Assembly (NCBI RefSeq): GCF_025526975.1
Contig: NW_026515670.1
Location: forward strand, 682,001 to 746,000
From: Fimicolochytrium jonesii
Taxonomy: Eukaryota
Length of the DNA stretch: 64,000 nucleotides
Direction of reading: 5' to 3'
Part shown: positions 28,171 to 41,056 of the stretch, piece after piece
Numbering within the stretch: position 1 is the first letter of the stretch
Layout: every line of letters begins with the position of its first letter
Made by a program: the position numbers and the translations under genes
Notes under the pieces: model-generated
Told to the model about the DNA's origin: nothing
The model's input: the letters and a program-made list of their open reading frames with translations, nothing else
Databases searched by the model: none

Positions 28171-29617
28171 TGCACGGCCTTGCGAGGAGCTCAGCAGCGA
28201 ACCGAAAGTTTCTTTTTTTCCCACGGGTCTGTGTGCGACGCAAGGGATCTTCGCTTCGCAAGGTCCTGCATGCAAAAAACGGTGCTGTGCGGGGCGCCAA
28301 GAGGAGCAAAAGGTGCGTGCATGTCGGCTTCTGCTTGCCGCGTCCCCATGAATCCTTCCTCGCGGTTCTATCACACGGAAGCAAGCCCCAATCCGCGCAC
28401 TCTCCGCCCATATGCGCACCAGTAAAGATCGCCCTTATGGTGAGCGGAGTTGAACTCCTTTGAATTTGAAAGACACCATTTTGATTAGACTTCGACGCGA
28501 TTTCTAAACATCGTCGATAGCCTCAGTTTCCTTGTTCAATGGCGGGCTTCCGTCACGATTACTTATTGAGCCCCAACAGCCACTTTGGCTGCGAGACGCG
28601 TTGAGAAGGATCTGGCCAAATCGACTGTGCCACCCGCGACTTCCATCGCATTCTACGACCACATTCCTTATTGGCGTATTTAAATCGTCATCACATGAGA
28701 AACAATTAAAAATCGACGGTGGCAGAAGTCAAACTCCGCTCACCACTGTCAATCAGGTACGGGAGATGACGACTGGACATACAGTAAGTTTGCATAACAA
28801 GCGGAGAACACATGAAACTCTTTGCAGGCATTACGTGACGCTGGATACACACGGCTGCCTCAACTTGCCTTGGGCTGTTGTACTAGCACAAGTTCATCAC
28901 GATGCCGAATGCCATTTGGCCAGGGAAGACATAATGCGACGCAAGAGACCCGAGTTTGGTAGAACCGACCTCCCTCGACGCCGCAAACATCTTGGAGATC
29001 TTGGATGTTTTCCACTCTCCATGCCAGCGAATCTGGCCAGAACGCAAGCTTTACAACAGATGCATCCACTGTGTGTGGGTTGGGACGGAGGCGATCGTTT
29101 TGATGGGTGTTCTGCTGTTCTGAAAGCAACGCTGTGATGACACGATACTGTGGTTCACTTCGGACCAACGGCAAACGAACATGCAACCATCGAGAACGCG
29201 AATGCAGCTAAAACTGGGTACTGGAAAACGAGTGTGCAACGTACTGTACCATCGGAGTACCATGGAAGGTGCGGTTGAGGAATGGTGGCTCCGCAAACTG
29301 CGAAGTTACGTATGATGAGACAATACGCGATTGAATAAGTGGTGATGCCAGCGCTCAGGCATGAGATGCTCGTGAATGTGGGACTATGCAACCGGCATAT
29401 ATTATTGTTTTGCTTAAAAGGGAGAGATCGTTCGTTCCCCAAAATTACATACAATAGAGTGAAGGTGAAATGTCGTCACGCAACCCTATATACGCAAAAG
29501 ACGATCAATATTGTGCGTCGTCCACTTTCAAACAAGTTACAAACGGTGAAACAAGAACGAGGCGCATCCAACGCTGATGAGAATGCTCCCTCCATCGAAG
29601 CTACGTAGGTAAAACTC

Positions 29618-30289
29618 TCAATTGACATATTGATTCTGCTTTTTCCAGTCAAGATACTCCTCATACGTCACGCTGGTCTTGCTAGACTGATACCTCGTCA
29701 ACACAATCCCATCCTTCACTTCCTGCGTGATCTTGCCTTTATGACCACCCTTCCTTAACAACGACTCCACAGCCTCCTCCTTCGTCCAGCCCTGCTCCTT
29801 CGCCACCTCCGGCAAATACGTCGCGGTCCGCTTGTTCCCACTCTCCGATTTGAACTCGATCCAGATGCCGTGCGTTCCCACCCGCCAATCCAGGTAATCG
29901 CTCCCGTCCTCGAAATCGACCAGGAGTGAGACGGCGCACGAGAGACGGCGAAGCTCGGACGCGACGATGGGTGAGAAACGCCGGTCGTGGAGCGCGGATG
30001 TCAGCGCGTACTCTGCGAGACCGCGGTGGAGGGGCATGGCTGAGAAGTTACCGATGCACCCTCTGAGTTGATGGTCTGAGGAGCCGCGCCGTTTGGAAGT
30101 CGACGAGGAGGACGGGACGGTGTTCCAAGTGACGAAAAGGGGGTATTTTTCGTCTTCGAAGGGTGCCGGCATGGGCTTGCGGTTCTCGAAGTGTGATTCG
30201 AGGACGTCGAAGCAGAAGTAGCAGTGCTCTTTGGTTACCCCCATGCCATCAACGTTCGACTGAGAGTCGGACCTTCCGTTGGATTGCAT
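29618..30289 (-). CDS. AMMECR1: AMMECR1-family protein, single exon
   Basis: HCYFCFDVL, YPLFVTW, LRGCIGNF signature, SALHDRRFSPI, WRVGTHGIWIEF, ATYLPEVAKEQGW, LTRYQSSK. Confidence 0.95.
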   Translation of the reverse strand: MQSNGRSDSQSNVDGMGVTKEHCYFCFDVLESHFENRKPMPAPFEDEKYPLFVTWNTVPSSSSTSKRRGSSDHQLRGCIGNFSAMPLHRGLAEYALTSALHDRRFSPIVASELRRLSCAVSLLVDFEDGSDYLDWRVGTHGIWIEFKSESGNKRTATYLPEVAKEQGWTKEEAVESLLRKGGHKGKITQEVKDGIVLTRYQSSKTSVTYEEYLDWKKQNQYVN

Positions 30290-31089
30290 GCTTGCTCCTG
30301 TGCTGCTGTGGAAATAGAAGGCAATTCAGAGGCCCTCCGTCGGCTAAGTCTATAGCTTATTTGTACTCTGAGAGCGTTCACACCAACCCGTCTTCTGCCT
30401 GCCGGCTGGTACAGCTAGCGGTGATTTCGAGGGGGGAGACGGTGGTTTGTCAGGAAAGTTGCAGGCAAGTGACGTGAGCCCAAGTTTCCTCAACGCGTCG
30501 CGAAAGCATACACGGACATGGACTGAGAAACGACCTCAGATGAGAAATCCATTGACGCAGCGACCATGGGGAGAAATGAACTGCCCTTCTCTCGAATATC
30601 GGTTACTTATTCCAGAATACACCGCAACAAAGCAAAGGAAGCGTACACAACACATATGTCATTGGAAAAGAGGGAATACATTGAAACGAAAGAATAACAT
30701 AACAAAGCGTAGAGGATAATTTAGGCATAACATAGGAGTCCAAAACAACACAAAGAAATAAAGAAGAAACAAGAGAGATCAATACATAGTAAAGAAGGAT
30801 TAGACAAGCCAACGAAGCGTCCCACAATATCCTATCACATCACAATGTCAAACACGAGGTAATAATCTTAGTCCAAAAAGAGAGGCGAAGGAAGGCGGGC
30901 CACCAAAGGGAAAGGTGAAGATGCCCCACGCAAAGCAGGTGACTGATCTGCCCGCAGTCCCAAAGTCGATGAAGTTCTGCGCTTGTAACAGTAGATATGC
31001 GAGCGCCGAAAGAGAAGTTGGACAAACAGCATGCGCAATGGTCGACTCTGTCGTTCCTCGCCCGTATCCAAAAATGTTGTGCGGATTCT

Positions 31090-33163
31090 TCAGAAGCCGG
31101 CGATGCCACCGCGAATGACCGCCGCTGCTGCCGCCTGCGCATCCCCTCCGTTGGCGCCGCTGCGGTGGGGGCATTGATGAATCCAGTGGCCTTTGACGAG
31201 ACAGATCTTGCAGGTGTAGCCGTCCGGAGGCACAGATTGTTTGGGAAGGGTGCATTGTTGAATCCTGCAATGGGTTATGTACGGCGTAAGGAACAGGAAA
31301 GAGGGCATCATAACTCTTTCAAGAGATCCCTTACCAATGACCAGGAGTATGGCACTTGCGGCATACGTATCCGTCGGGAGGCACTGTCGTCTTCCCAACG
31401 CTGCGGTTCGATGGTTGCATGTGCGTGGGTGAGTGCCTGGCCGATAGTCCCCGGAGCGCGGCGCTGATGGAGAGCCCGTCGTATCTGGCGATGGCGGCCG
31501 CTGCTGCAGCACTCAACGATGAGGTATTCATGCCAGCAGAGGCGTTGGGTGGGTAGTTATGGAAGTATTCACTGCGACGACGGTACTGGTAGAGGTTGCA
31601 GTTCTTGAGCCAGTGGCCCTCAACGAAGCTACGAGGCCAGAAAGAATATATGTGAGCCTAATGACATTAATCATCGCGGTCCGGCATGCTGACAAGACGA
31701 CGACGTACCATAATTTACATATGTATCCAGGAGGAGGAACGGTGCTATAGCCCCTTCCGAGCCCCGGGTATGACCCGATTGCGTGTCCAGAGCCAGCAGA
31801 CGTTAGACTGTCGAACTCATCCGCAAAATCTCTTCCTAGAGCCCTGTATGCCCTTGCGCGTAAGGTTTCCAATGAAGTCGTATAGTGCGAGTGGTGTCGA
31901 GGTTGGGCATGGCTATAATGCAGATTATCCCGTGAAGTGTCTGGGAAGTCTGTGGCGGATGAAAGGAAGCTGTCATACAAGAATGGGCGGATAACGGAGT
32001 TCGTAGTTTCGGGAAGGGAGAGTTCGGAAGGGTGCGGGTTGTTTTCTGGTGATGCGAATGGTATGAGTTTGTGAAGCACTAAGGACATTTACTAACAACG
32101 ACACAATACCTTGGAAAGCCCCACCGGAACCGCTCTCGGGTCCGAATCCCATGTCTACCCCATCTCTCCGCATCGCGCTGTGCCCATCGCCCAGAGCCAA
32201 GTCCGCAAAATGTCTGAGAAAGGCATCGTCATTGAACGCGCTCCGGTCGTCCCCATACATTCGCGCAGCCGCGGTCGCGTTTTCCAAAGCTTCCAACTCC
32301 GTCGTGCCCCCATTCGAACCTGCCAACAGGCGCAAAGCTGCGAAATAGTCCGGTTGTCCTGACTCCAGACCTAAATCACTCTTCTGCGGACTTGACGCAC
32401 GTCCATTGAGTCCTCGCTGTAGGTGAGCACGTTCAGGAGAGTGCCCCATACGACGATCGTGCTCCTCACGGCCATGCCCATAACGCTCAAAGTGCTCTGA
32501 AGAGTTACGTGACAAGACAGGTAGCACCGAAGTATGTTGATGATTCGAATAGCCAGGAACATGCACTGAGTGTCGATGGGATAACGTCGGAGGTGAAGGA
32601 AAGATATTGTGCGCCTGTGTCCCTTGCGCGAGCCGGTGGTGTTGGCTTTGGGAGCTCATATGGTTGTACGCGTCCGTGGGAAATCGGTACATCAACGAGC
32701 CCAACCCGCTCTCGCTACCACTATCGTCCCTCTGTTGTGGATAATGTGGCTGGTTTTCCTGCGTTGGCGCTGAGGACGGGAAGACGGGCTCCGCGGGACC
32801 AAGGATGCTATCATAATCGGCTGCAATCGCAATGGGCCGCGCAACGGGCTGCCAGCTGCGAACGGGTACAGGCTGCAGCCCAGACGCAGTCGCCGACGTC
32901 GGCGTGTCCAAGAACGCTTTATGGGGAGCGGTTTGCGCAGAGTGGGAAAGGCTGCGAAAGTCATACTGGTGGGAAGCCGCGTTACTACCCCCATCGTCAG
33001 ACCTGTCCTCGGACGTGTTTCGCTCGTCCCTGCCCTCGTCCGTACGTGCGCTAGAGCTCGGTCGGAACCCTGCTGCAAAGCCTAGACCTGGCGGAGGATA
33101 GGAGTGCGGTTGACTGCCAAGACCAGGGAGCGAGAAGCTACGCGCATTCCCAGAACTGATCAT
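31090..33163 (-). CDS. Disordered S/H/P-rich protein with three C-terminal CCHC zinc knuckles (RBBP6/Mpe1-type PPxGYxC knuckles), 4 exons
   Basis: After splicing: PPPGYICKLCFVEGHWLKNC, PPDGYVCRKCHTPGHWIQQC, PPDGYTCKICLVKGHWIHQC. Start codon uncertain (first ATG of ORF 31973-33247 is at 33163). Confidence 0.8.
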
Positions 33164-34205
33164 CTTCGCCGTCGTGTCGCGCTCTGAAATGGCCTGTGTA
33201 TCCGTGGTTTGTGCTCTGAGCGTAGGCAGGTCCTGCAGCAACCTCAAGAGAGACGCAACACAGCGCTGAGTCGAGAGTGTTGCAGCGCTTGCTCTTTCCT
33301 CTCCGTCTCTCCAACCCTTCGTTGGAAGACACGCACGCGAGGGGGACGAAAGTGGGGTAGGAAAGACGAATAAACGGCGACGGGTAGCACACAGTAATCT
33401 AAGTTTGATGAAGGGGATAACGCCTTACTCCGTATAGTACTGCCTCCCAGCTTCGCTTCGCAGAAAAACATGCGTTGAATTCCATGGATATCCGGGCGGG
33501 ATCCCAAACGTTTATGGTTTAATTACAGGATGCTTCACCTGGTGTCCCCAGAAAGGAGGAGCACACACAGGGGTTCTTGAACCACGGGACGAAGGGTGAT
33601 GACGAAAGTCCAGGCGAAGACGCGTCGAGGCTGATGCTTCTTCGCTCGCTCGCCCCATATCCACAGGCCATATCTGTATGTACTGTTTTTCCTCGGAACC
33701 AAGCCGGAAAGAACTGGTCGCTCTGGGCTTGTCTCGGCGAGGGTGGACTGTAAATGGGTGGTATCGCATTATGCTTACTTTTAGCGGGCAACGAAACGTC
33801 TGGGTAAGATGGGAAAGGGCATGCCCACAGGCTCGCCTGCATGTAAATGTGTAATATGTAACTGGACAACACGCGCAAGCTCTCATCGCGGTTCTGCTAT
33901 CTTGCCCTCCTGCCCTCAGACTTCCCGCGAAACGTGCTTATTTTTTGTAACTAAAAAAGCAGTTGCACATGGCACTTTCTCCCGAGGCCCCTTCGCTTAT
34001 TCAGTAACATAGCATCGCTCCCAACCACCCTTGAGGATCCAGAGCTTCTCAGTGTCCAGGAGTATCAAGCCTTCGGTTGATCAGAATCCCCCACCTCGAA
34101 GTTCTTAGCGTCCCTCGCAGATTTTCCACGCGCTCGTATCGCCATCCTCGAACCTCGTTGCCCCCGCCAGCGTCTTTCGCTTTGCCGCCTACCCAAGCTG
34201 CCAGG

Positions 34206-35897
34206 ATGGCACATCTCCTGACCCATTTGGATCCGGCACAAATACATGAGCTCTTCCTCGATAGCCAAAAAGTCAATACCCTCTCGCCCCTCCTTGCCAC
34301 ATCTTCAACCGCAGAACACGATTCCGACGACAGTCCATTCCACTCCGATGAAGAGGACGATCATGCCACAAACGGTCACAGTAGTAACGGGAAGCCAAGG
34401 CAGAACTCACTAGCGCAATATGTCAATTTGGAGCACTTGAGCCTGAACAACTGTAATCTACATTCGGTCGAAGGGTTTCCTGTTCTCAAAAGGCTGGCAA
34501 AACTGGACCTGGGGGATAACAAGATTAGTGGCGGCTTGGAGACCTTAGCGGCGCTGACGAGATTAGAGAGCTTGGATCTGAGTAATAATAAGATTGCAGA
34601 CTTGGAAACCTTGGCGCCTCTGGTGAGTTCATACCTGCGTCTACCGTTAAGTGTTTCTCACCTCTGATGAACAATATACTGATCATGATGAATCCTATTC
34701 CATCGCGTTCAGAAACAATTACCGAACCTCAAACTTCTAAATCTTGTCGAATGCGAAATAGCGAAACGGCCAGACTACCCCGATATCGTATTCCAAACTC
34801 TCCCACAACTGCAAGCCCTCGATGACCGCGACAAGGATGGAAACGAAGTCGAACTCTACAGCGAGGATGACTACGATGAGGAAGAGGAAGAAGGGGAGGG
34901 CGAGGTTCAGGGAGGCGAAAATGGGGGTGAAACGCACGATGAGGAAGGCGAGGAAGAGGATTACGAGGAGGAAGTGAGTGGGGAGGTAGAGGGAGATGAG
35001 CACGGTTCGGAGCACGGTGTGGACGGTGGTGAGGATAACGGTCTGGAAGTATATGAGATAGGGAGCGAGAGCGATGATGAAGATGCAGATCAGAGTGGAT
35101 ACCAAGGGACCGTTGTTGAGCAAGAAGGGGACGAAGAGGACGACATCTTTGATGATGAAGCCGATGAACGTCATCCATTAGCGGATGAAGATCAAGATGA
35201 GGGAGATATCGTCTACGAAGTACAAGATGTCTCACAGCACGATCACGGCATCGAACTCATAGATGACGATGACGGTGACGACGATGGTGAAGAGGAGGAG
35301 GAAGATGAAGGGCAAGAAGTGATTGATGTAGACGAACAAACTGAAGATGGACACGGCTATGCAGGCGGCTTCGGCGACGGCGAGGACGGGGAGGAGGACG
35401 AAGAGCTAGAAGATGAAGACCTTGACGAACCAAACACCGGCTTACAAGGAGGCAAAGGTCTCCCATCGTCTAGTGTGCAACCTTACATCTCCCACGGCGA
35501 CACAGAAGACTTGGCCGCCGAAGCCGAGGAGGAAGAAGAGGAGCTGGAATACATTGCGGACCACGGATTTGGCGACCACGACTTTATGGGTGGAGGGGAG
35601 CTTGCCGCCGACCCATTCATGATGGATGACTCGCTGATGGGTGCGCCTTCGGGGGACTTTGAGACTTTCGTTACTGGAGAGGTCGGGGACGAGGCGCTTT
35701 TCAATGCGACGATGAAGAGAAAGGCTGATGAGATTGACGCTCTGGGCGATGAAGGGGTGAGATAGCCTTTCTTTATCGGCCGTGTTTAGCACGACTCATA
35801 ATCCTTAACTTCTCAACTACTCTGACAGCTTAACGAATTCGTCAATAACGATGATGACGACGACGAGGTGCCCGATAGTAAGAAGCAGAAGACATAA
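34206..35897 (+). CDS. ANP32-like acidic leucine-rich nuclear protein (LRRs, LRRcap, long D/E tail, C-terminal NLS), 3 exons
   Basis: PAQIHELFLDS, LEHLSLNNCNL, FPVLKRLAKLDLGDNKISGGLETL, LDLSNNKIADLETLAPL, LNLVECEIAKRPDYPDIVFQTLPQLQALDDRD, then an acidic tract and KRKADE..SKKQKT. Introns 34623-34712 and ~35757-35828. Confidence 0.85.
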
Positions 35898-37027
35898 ACC
35901 GTCGAATCCCACAAGCAACGTCAGACAAGCACTCTATCCGCCACTTGAAGGACTAAGCCCAACCATCCATAATATCTGGGATGGCGTGTTATGTACATTG
36001 ATACCTCTTTAGTCCTCAAACGATAGGCGGCCGTTGTATTTATGGCTTCGTATGAGTTTCTTGGGAGGGGAGGGGGAGGTGAGGTCGGAGGCCAGTATGA
36101 TATTGGTTATACTTCAAACATATACCCATCCTTTTTTGAAGATTCTGAGCGAGTTGTTCTGCGGCTTTGGACGTTGCTTGCATTGCTTACCTGTTGAGAG
36201 AAGTGCAAGACGTGCAGGGATTTGGACTTCTCCTGGACAGGTCTTGGAAAAGCCTGGGAAAACCTGGGAACGTCTCAGCCCTGTTGACTCCAAGTCCTCG
36301 CCATCTCCACAATAAACGTCGCGACCTCCCCATGTACATACATTATTGCACACATTCTCCATGATACATTATTCATGGAGACCGCGGACAGGTTTTTTTC
36401 CAACTCCATCGTCTAGTTATCTCCGGGAAAAGTCCTCGAGGCTCGATCTGATCTGCTCCTAAAGCAACGGCTTCGTGTCACAAATATCGACAGCGCGTGC
36501 CAATTTGAGGCCTGTCACACCGCCATCCCTTTAGTCCCTTTATCCCCGCAGATTTCGACCTCCAGAAAGTGATAATTCTATCTCCAAGACTGCCTCCTGG
36601 CCACACAGAGGAGTTTTGTAAGGAGATCTCATTTGCAGACCCCTTCTGACCTTCCTACCGCTCTTGCAATCAAGCTCCCAGATACCGGTGCTCGCGGGTC
36701 TCCACGGTTTGCTTTTGTTGCCGTACGGATTTGAACTCGAACGCTGGTGGAGGGCAGCCGGTGTCCCTCCGGCAGTTGGAACACTGGAGTATGAACGATC
36801 GCGAGATATCGACCCCCGTTGTTGTTCCTGTCGCACATGCACATGCATCCTGTCAAAAGCCTGCCTTTCCGTGGAGGCCTGGGGCCTCTCCACCCATGCT
36901 GCAAATAGAATACTTTCCCTCACATTAATCCCTTGTGCTTCTCTTCACCGTTCCACAGCCCCACTCGTTTTCGCAGCCTGTCCCCTTTCTACTCTCTTTA
37001 ATCACAATTCGCCGCAACCCCTGAGTC

Positions 37028-37035
37028 TATATAAA
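37028..37035 (+). promoter_or_regulatory. TATA box upstream of the TMEM179-like gene
   Basis: TATATAAA about 180 nt upstream of ATG 37210. Confidence 0.5.
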
Positions 37036-37209
37036 GGGAAGGAGGGAAAGCAGCCGCCCGTCACTCCTTTGTTGCAACACTTCGACGAAATCTGCCAGCG
37101 GAGCCGAACGGACTCTGCCTGAGAGTCCTTAGCGACGCTGTCGAGCCCATAACGACCATCAACGATACTCACGACCTTGACAGCAGTCGAGCCAAAAACT
37201 GTTCCCACG

Positions 37210-38202
37210 ATGGATTCCAACGCTGTGAAAAACTCTTCCGCAGGAGCGACTCCTGCAATGCAAGTCTCCGTCCAGATCACCCATATGAACGGCCAAAAGA
37301 AGGACGGTGGTGCCTCCAACACCGATACAGCCGCAAGATTGGAACAAGGCCAGCCTGGCCAAGGAAATCTTTTGCCGTTTGCGGTAGAGGAAGTGGTTCA
37401 TGGGTTCAATGGGCCATTCCCGGCTGGACGGAAATCGCCCTTGAGCGCTGGACGCTTGGGATTGGGTGGAGCGTGGACTAGGAGGAAGAGGAATTTCGTT
37501 ATGGTAGCGTTGACGGTTGCCTTTGCGGTGAGTTCTCGTGAGAGTTGGGGAGGTTGATATGACACGGGAAAAAACAGATATCTGAACTATTTTGCTCGAT
37601 TTGCAGACGTTTGCTGCCGCTCATATCGCCTTGATTAGGACGCATGCGGAGTATGGACCTAGAAGTGCATGGTATGTTTTGTTTCGCAGCTTGCTTATAT
37701 CATTCACTTTCAAGCAATTCGCTCATCAACCTTCCCGAACAGCATGCTCTTCATATCCGCCTACCAAGAAACCCCGACATCCTACAGTTTCGTCGCTCGC
37801 TCAACAGCGTGCCACACAAACATCATTCTCTCCTCGCTCTCCCTTGCCACAGCGCTAGCTCTCCTCCCGCTTATCCTCCTCCTCACGCCCAAAAAACCGC
37901 ACCTCTTCCCGGCACTACTCACGCTCATCCCGGCAGCGCTCCTCACCGTCTCCGGCGCACTTACACTCAAGGGCTTGCGGGAAACATGCGATAATTTCAC
38001 GACCGTTCGAGGAGGCCGATGCGCGGATGTCTATGATGCCGGATTGTTTTGGAACAGCGATTGGACGAAGGTGTATTTCGTCAGGCTGGCGGCGGTGCAG
38101 GCGGCGGCAGGCGTTGCGTATGCTGGAGCGCTGACAGCGGTGATTAGTAGCGTGCTTTGGGGGATGCAGTGGTGGAGGTGGAGGAAGGTTAGGTGGTGGT
38201 AA
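37210..38202 (+). CDS. Four-TM membrane protein, TMEM179-like (MARVEL/claudin-like topology), 3 exons
   Basis: Four hydrophobic segments. The splice TG|C (intron ending 37742) creates GPRSACMLF. Second loop reads GLRETCDNFTTVRGGRCADV...YFVRLAAVQ, a Cys spacing reminiscent of TMEM179 (CLLF; G..WCD....C....F..AQ). Confidence 0.6.
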
Positions 38203-40384
38203 GGGTACGGCGGCTGCAATGCTTAGCAGTTCGGCCGGTTCTTCAGGATGTTGGGTGGATGTTGGGTGCGCAGGCAATACGTAGCGAAAGGCTAACGTCT
38301 CGCTCCATTCATGGGCTTATCTGCAATGTATAATAGTTCTTGATCCGGGAATGTGCACATATAATCGTTTATTTCGTCCGCCTGAATGGGCAATATGCCG
38401 TTTGGGTTGCCATCAGACTGTACGATGATGAAGGATGGTCTTGAGACATTTGGGTGTTGCTCCATTCTTGGGCTGCCATTCCCCCAGGCATTCCCCGATG
38501 GCGTCTTCGGAACACGGTTGCCTCCCGTTAAGCCGAATTCGCTGGCGATTTTATTGGGAGCCGCCGGAGGCGGGAGACCCCTATGGCAGCAAAGTATGTC
38601 AGGTTGGCAAGCGCTACACTGCGCTATACACTGACCCTCCCCTATGCCCTCCACTGACCCTCCCTACGCAGTCCAACCACAGTGATTCGCAAAAAGCTAA
38701 GCTACGTGAATGTGGGAATCAATATGCGCTTCTCGGGAGATTGATGAAATGCACGCATTTTTCCACTCATAGTCTAATCATCGGATCTCACCAGAGATGG
38801 TGGGCGGCGTGAAGTAATGGGAGTCTTCTTCAGAAAGCGGTTCCTGAAAGAGTTGTCACCTTCTTTCTCCACATCATTCTCACCGGTGCTTTGGTTCTCC
38901 ATGCCGCTGTCATAAGTCTCTGCCTCAGCTCTGTGCTTGCCTCAGTTCAGCTCAGCGATGCACCCCCCGGCGAACAGCAGAAGTGGTGCACCGGCCACCG
39001 ATTGTGCGATCCTCCTATCCACACTCCCCCCGGGTCCCTGGTCTCCTCCTCCCCCACCTCCTCCTCCCCCATTCAAAGCAGCTGCACCGACGTAGGCATC
39101 TCCAGCTCGGTTGCACTCGAACTCGGTTGCATGGTTTTCTGGCCATGGTGAAAACCACAAGGCCACCCCAATGCACGCTGCCTCAAGCGACCGACGTGGG
39201 TACAGATCTGAGCGTGTCCCTTTGCGTGCCTGCTAGAGATGATGTCTGTTGTAGATCACTCTAGCAGAACAAGATGATTCCAACACCGTGATTGTGTCAA
39301 GGTCAGTTGCTCGCCCCAGCACAGCCAAGATCAGTACAGTCTTGCAGGGTTGTTTGGTTGCTGGGATAGCTGTGTGTCAAAAGAAAACCACGTCAATGCT
39401 GTGGTAATGAAGCTGACAACGGTGAGGGATTGTGGTTGTTACCTGCTGGTGATTTGGTGGTGACGATGCTCGCAAATTGCGTTGGGAAGGAAGCGTCAAG
39501 CCGGGGCCTGCCTTGTCGGTGAAATGGTAGAAGAGTCACAGATGCGGCGCGCCGTCGCGGCAAGCCGCTGGTCATATGAGCCCTGCCTTTTCCCCCGGTC
39601 GGCACACCGGACCACTGCCGGATTCGCCCTAGGACTCTGTCTGCTTTGCAGCCATAGAATAGATGAACACACTCTTCTGAGTGATACTTGGATGAAACAC
39701 TTGATGCAACGCCCATGAACCCGCAGGAAGGAACTTCATGCCGCCACTGAATATATCGGGCGGGCAGAGTCATGGGCATTGGGAGCCGGGATGGTACGCG
39801 GGAACCCAAAGTCGAAGACCTAGTGCCTCAAGCACAGCCTTGTAAGACAGTGTGTCTACGCCTATGCAGCGACCGCTACCTTTCTCCGGCTCCGGCTGTC
39901 CTCCTACTGCCGTGCTAATGCGTACCCATGTGCTGGCCGGCGGGAATTCGTTTTCGACGCGCACATCTTCACATTCCTGACATTTCCGACATCCTCGAAC
40001 TCGCCGAACTCGTCCACATATCTGGATAAGCTAGTACTTCACAGCAAGCGCACAAAAGGGCAGCGAACAACGAGTATGGTGGTATTTATCATTTCTGACT
40101 CTATTTTGTTTTCAAAAAGGGATGTATATATACAAAAGCGGGGTGAAGACAAACAGGGCGGTGGCGGCTCTGAGCATACGACCCACACACCCTATGCCTT
40201 CTATAATCAAAAACTTTGGTTGGGAGGAGAGCCCAAGCCCCCCCGCAAACACTAACGGAACGGCACGACCGTTGCAGAGAAGGGTATGCAATGTAAGGAT
40301 ATACAATGTTGACTATTCTTTGCGTGTGTGTTTGGGTATCGTGGGGGAGAAGAAGGCCGACGCGTCGAGTTGTAACTCGCAACT

Positions 40385-41056
40385 TCACAGCTCCCACCAT
40401 TCGGCAGCGCCTGTATCTTGTGGCGACGGGCTCCTGTTCACGAACCCCCGGTTCTTCAGAGGAAGGATGCCGTTGACGTTGGCCGCCGGGAGGTTGCTGT
40501 GGGGATACCTCGTTGTGCGCGTCGAAGGCTCCGGCCATTGCGGTGACACGGACCTTGTCGTTGAGCCACCGGCAATGGAAGACTTCCTTGACGCGGTGTG
40601 TTCTGCGTTCCAGATGGAAGACGTATCCGACTGCGAGCTCCCGCGGCGGGCGCTGCTGTGTTGATATGAGCTTCGGAACGCGGAAGATGGGAGAGGTGCC
40701 ATTGGCGGAGAAGCGGAGAATGACGACGACTCGTGTATGGAATGTACCTGCGGCGACTTGGGCGCTTGTGGATATGCCAGGTGCGATTGCGACGAGTGGT
40801 GGTGTTGGGAGTGCGTGTTGCGGGTTTGAGGGTGTGGGTATGTCGCTGGCGAATGTGTTTGAGAATGCTGCTGGCTGGAGTTGTGGAAGTGGTGGTCGTG
40901 GGCAGCAGACTGTTGCTCCCAAGCGTCAGCCGCCGCTGCTGAACTCCTTGCTGCTGCTGCATCGCTTGCAAGGCAGGCCGGTGAGCAGTAGAGGACACCG
41001 TTGAGGGTATGTTGCCCGCAGGCGAGGCACCAATCGAGGTCGAGGCCGAAGTCCAT
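40385..41056 (-). CDS. Ecl1-family (chronological-lifespan extender) zinc-binding protein, single exon
   Basis: N-terminal DWCLACGQHTLNGVLYCSPACLASD (C-x2-C...YCSxxC) followed by an H/S/Q-rich disordered region. Confidence 0.85.
   Translation of the reverse strand: MDFGLDLDWCLACGQHTLNGVLYCSPACLASDAAAARSSAAAADAWEQQSAAHDHHFHNSSQQHSQTHSPATYPHPQTRNTHSQHHHSSQSHLAYPQAPKSPQVHSIHESSSFSASPPMAPLPSSAFRSSYQHSSARRGSSQSDTSSIWNAEHTASRKSSIAGGSTTRSVSPQWPEPSTRTTRYPHSNLPAANVNGILPLKNRGFVNRSPSPQDTGAAEWWEL

Noticed and set aside
28195..28385. Heat-shock-element-like GAA/TTC triplets upstream of HSP70
   Set aside because: Spacing is GAAnnnTTC rather than the canonical nGAAnnTTCn array; not supportable.
28532..29137. 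201-aa plus-strand ORF between HSP70 and AMMECR1
   Set aside because: Non-ATG start, no motifs, atypical composition; probably a chance ORF.
30600..30830. A-rich low-complexity tract with a hydrophobic minus-strand ORF
   Set aside because: Best explained as the U-rich 3' UTR of the zinc-knuckle gene.
38891..39151. Signal-peptide-like small Cys-containing ORF
   Set aside because: Starts at TTG with no in-frame ATG after the upstream stop at 38810; no splice acceptor identified.
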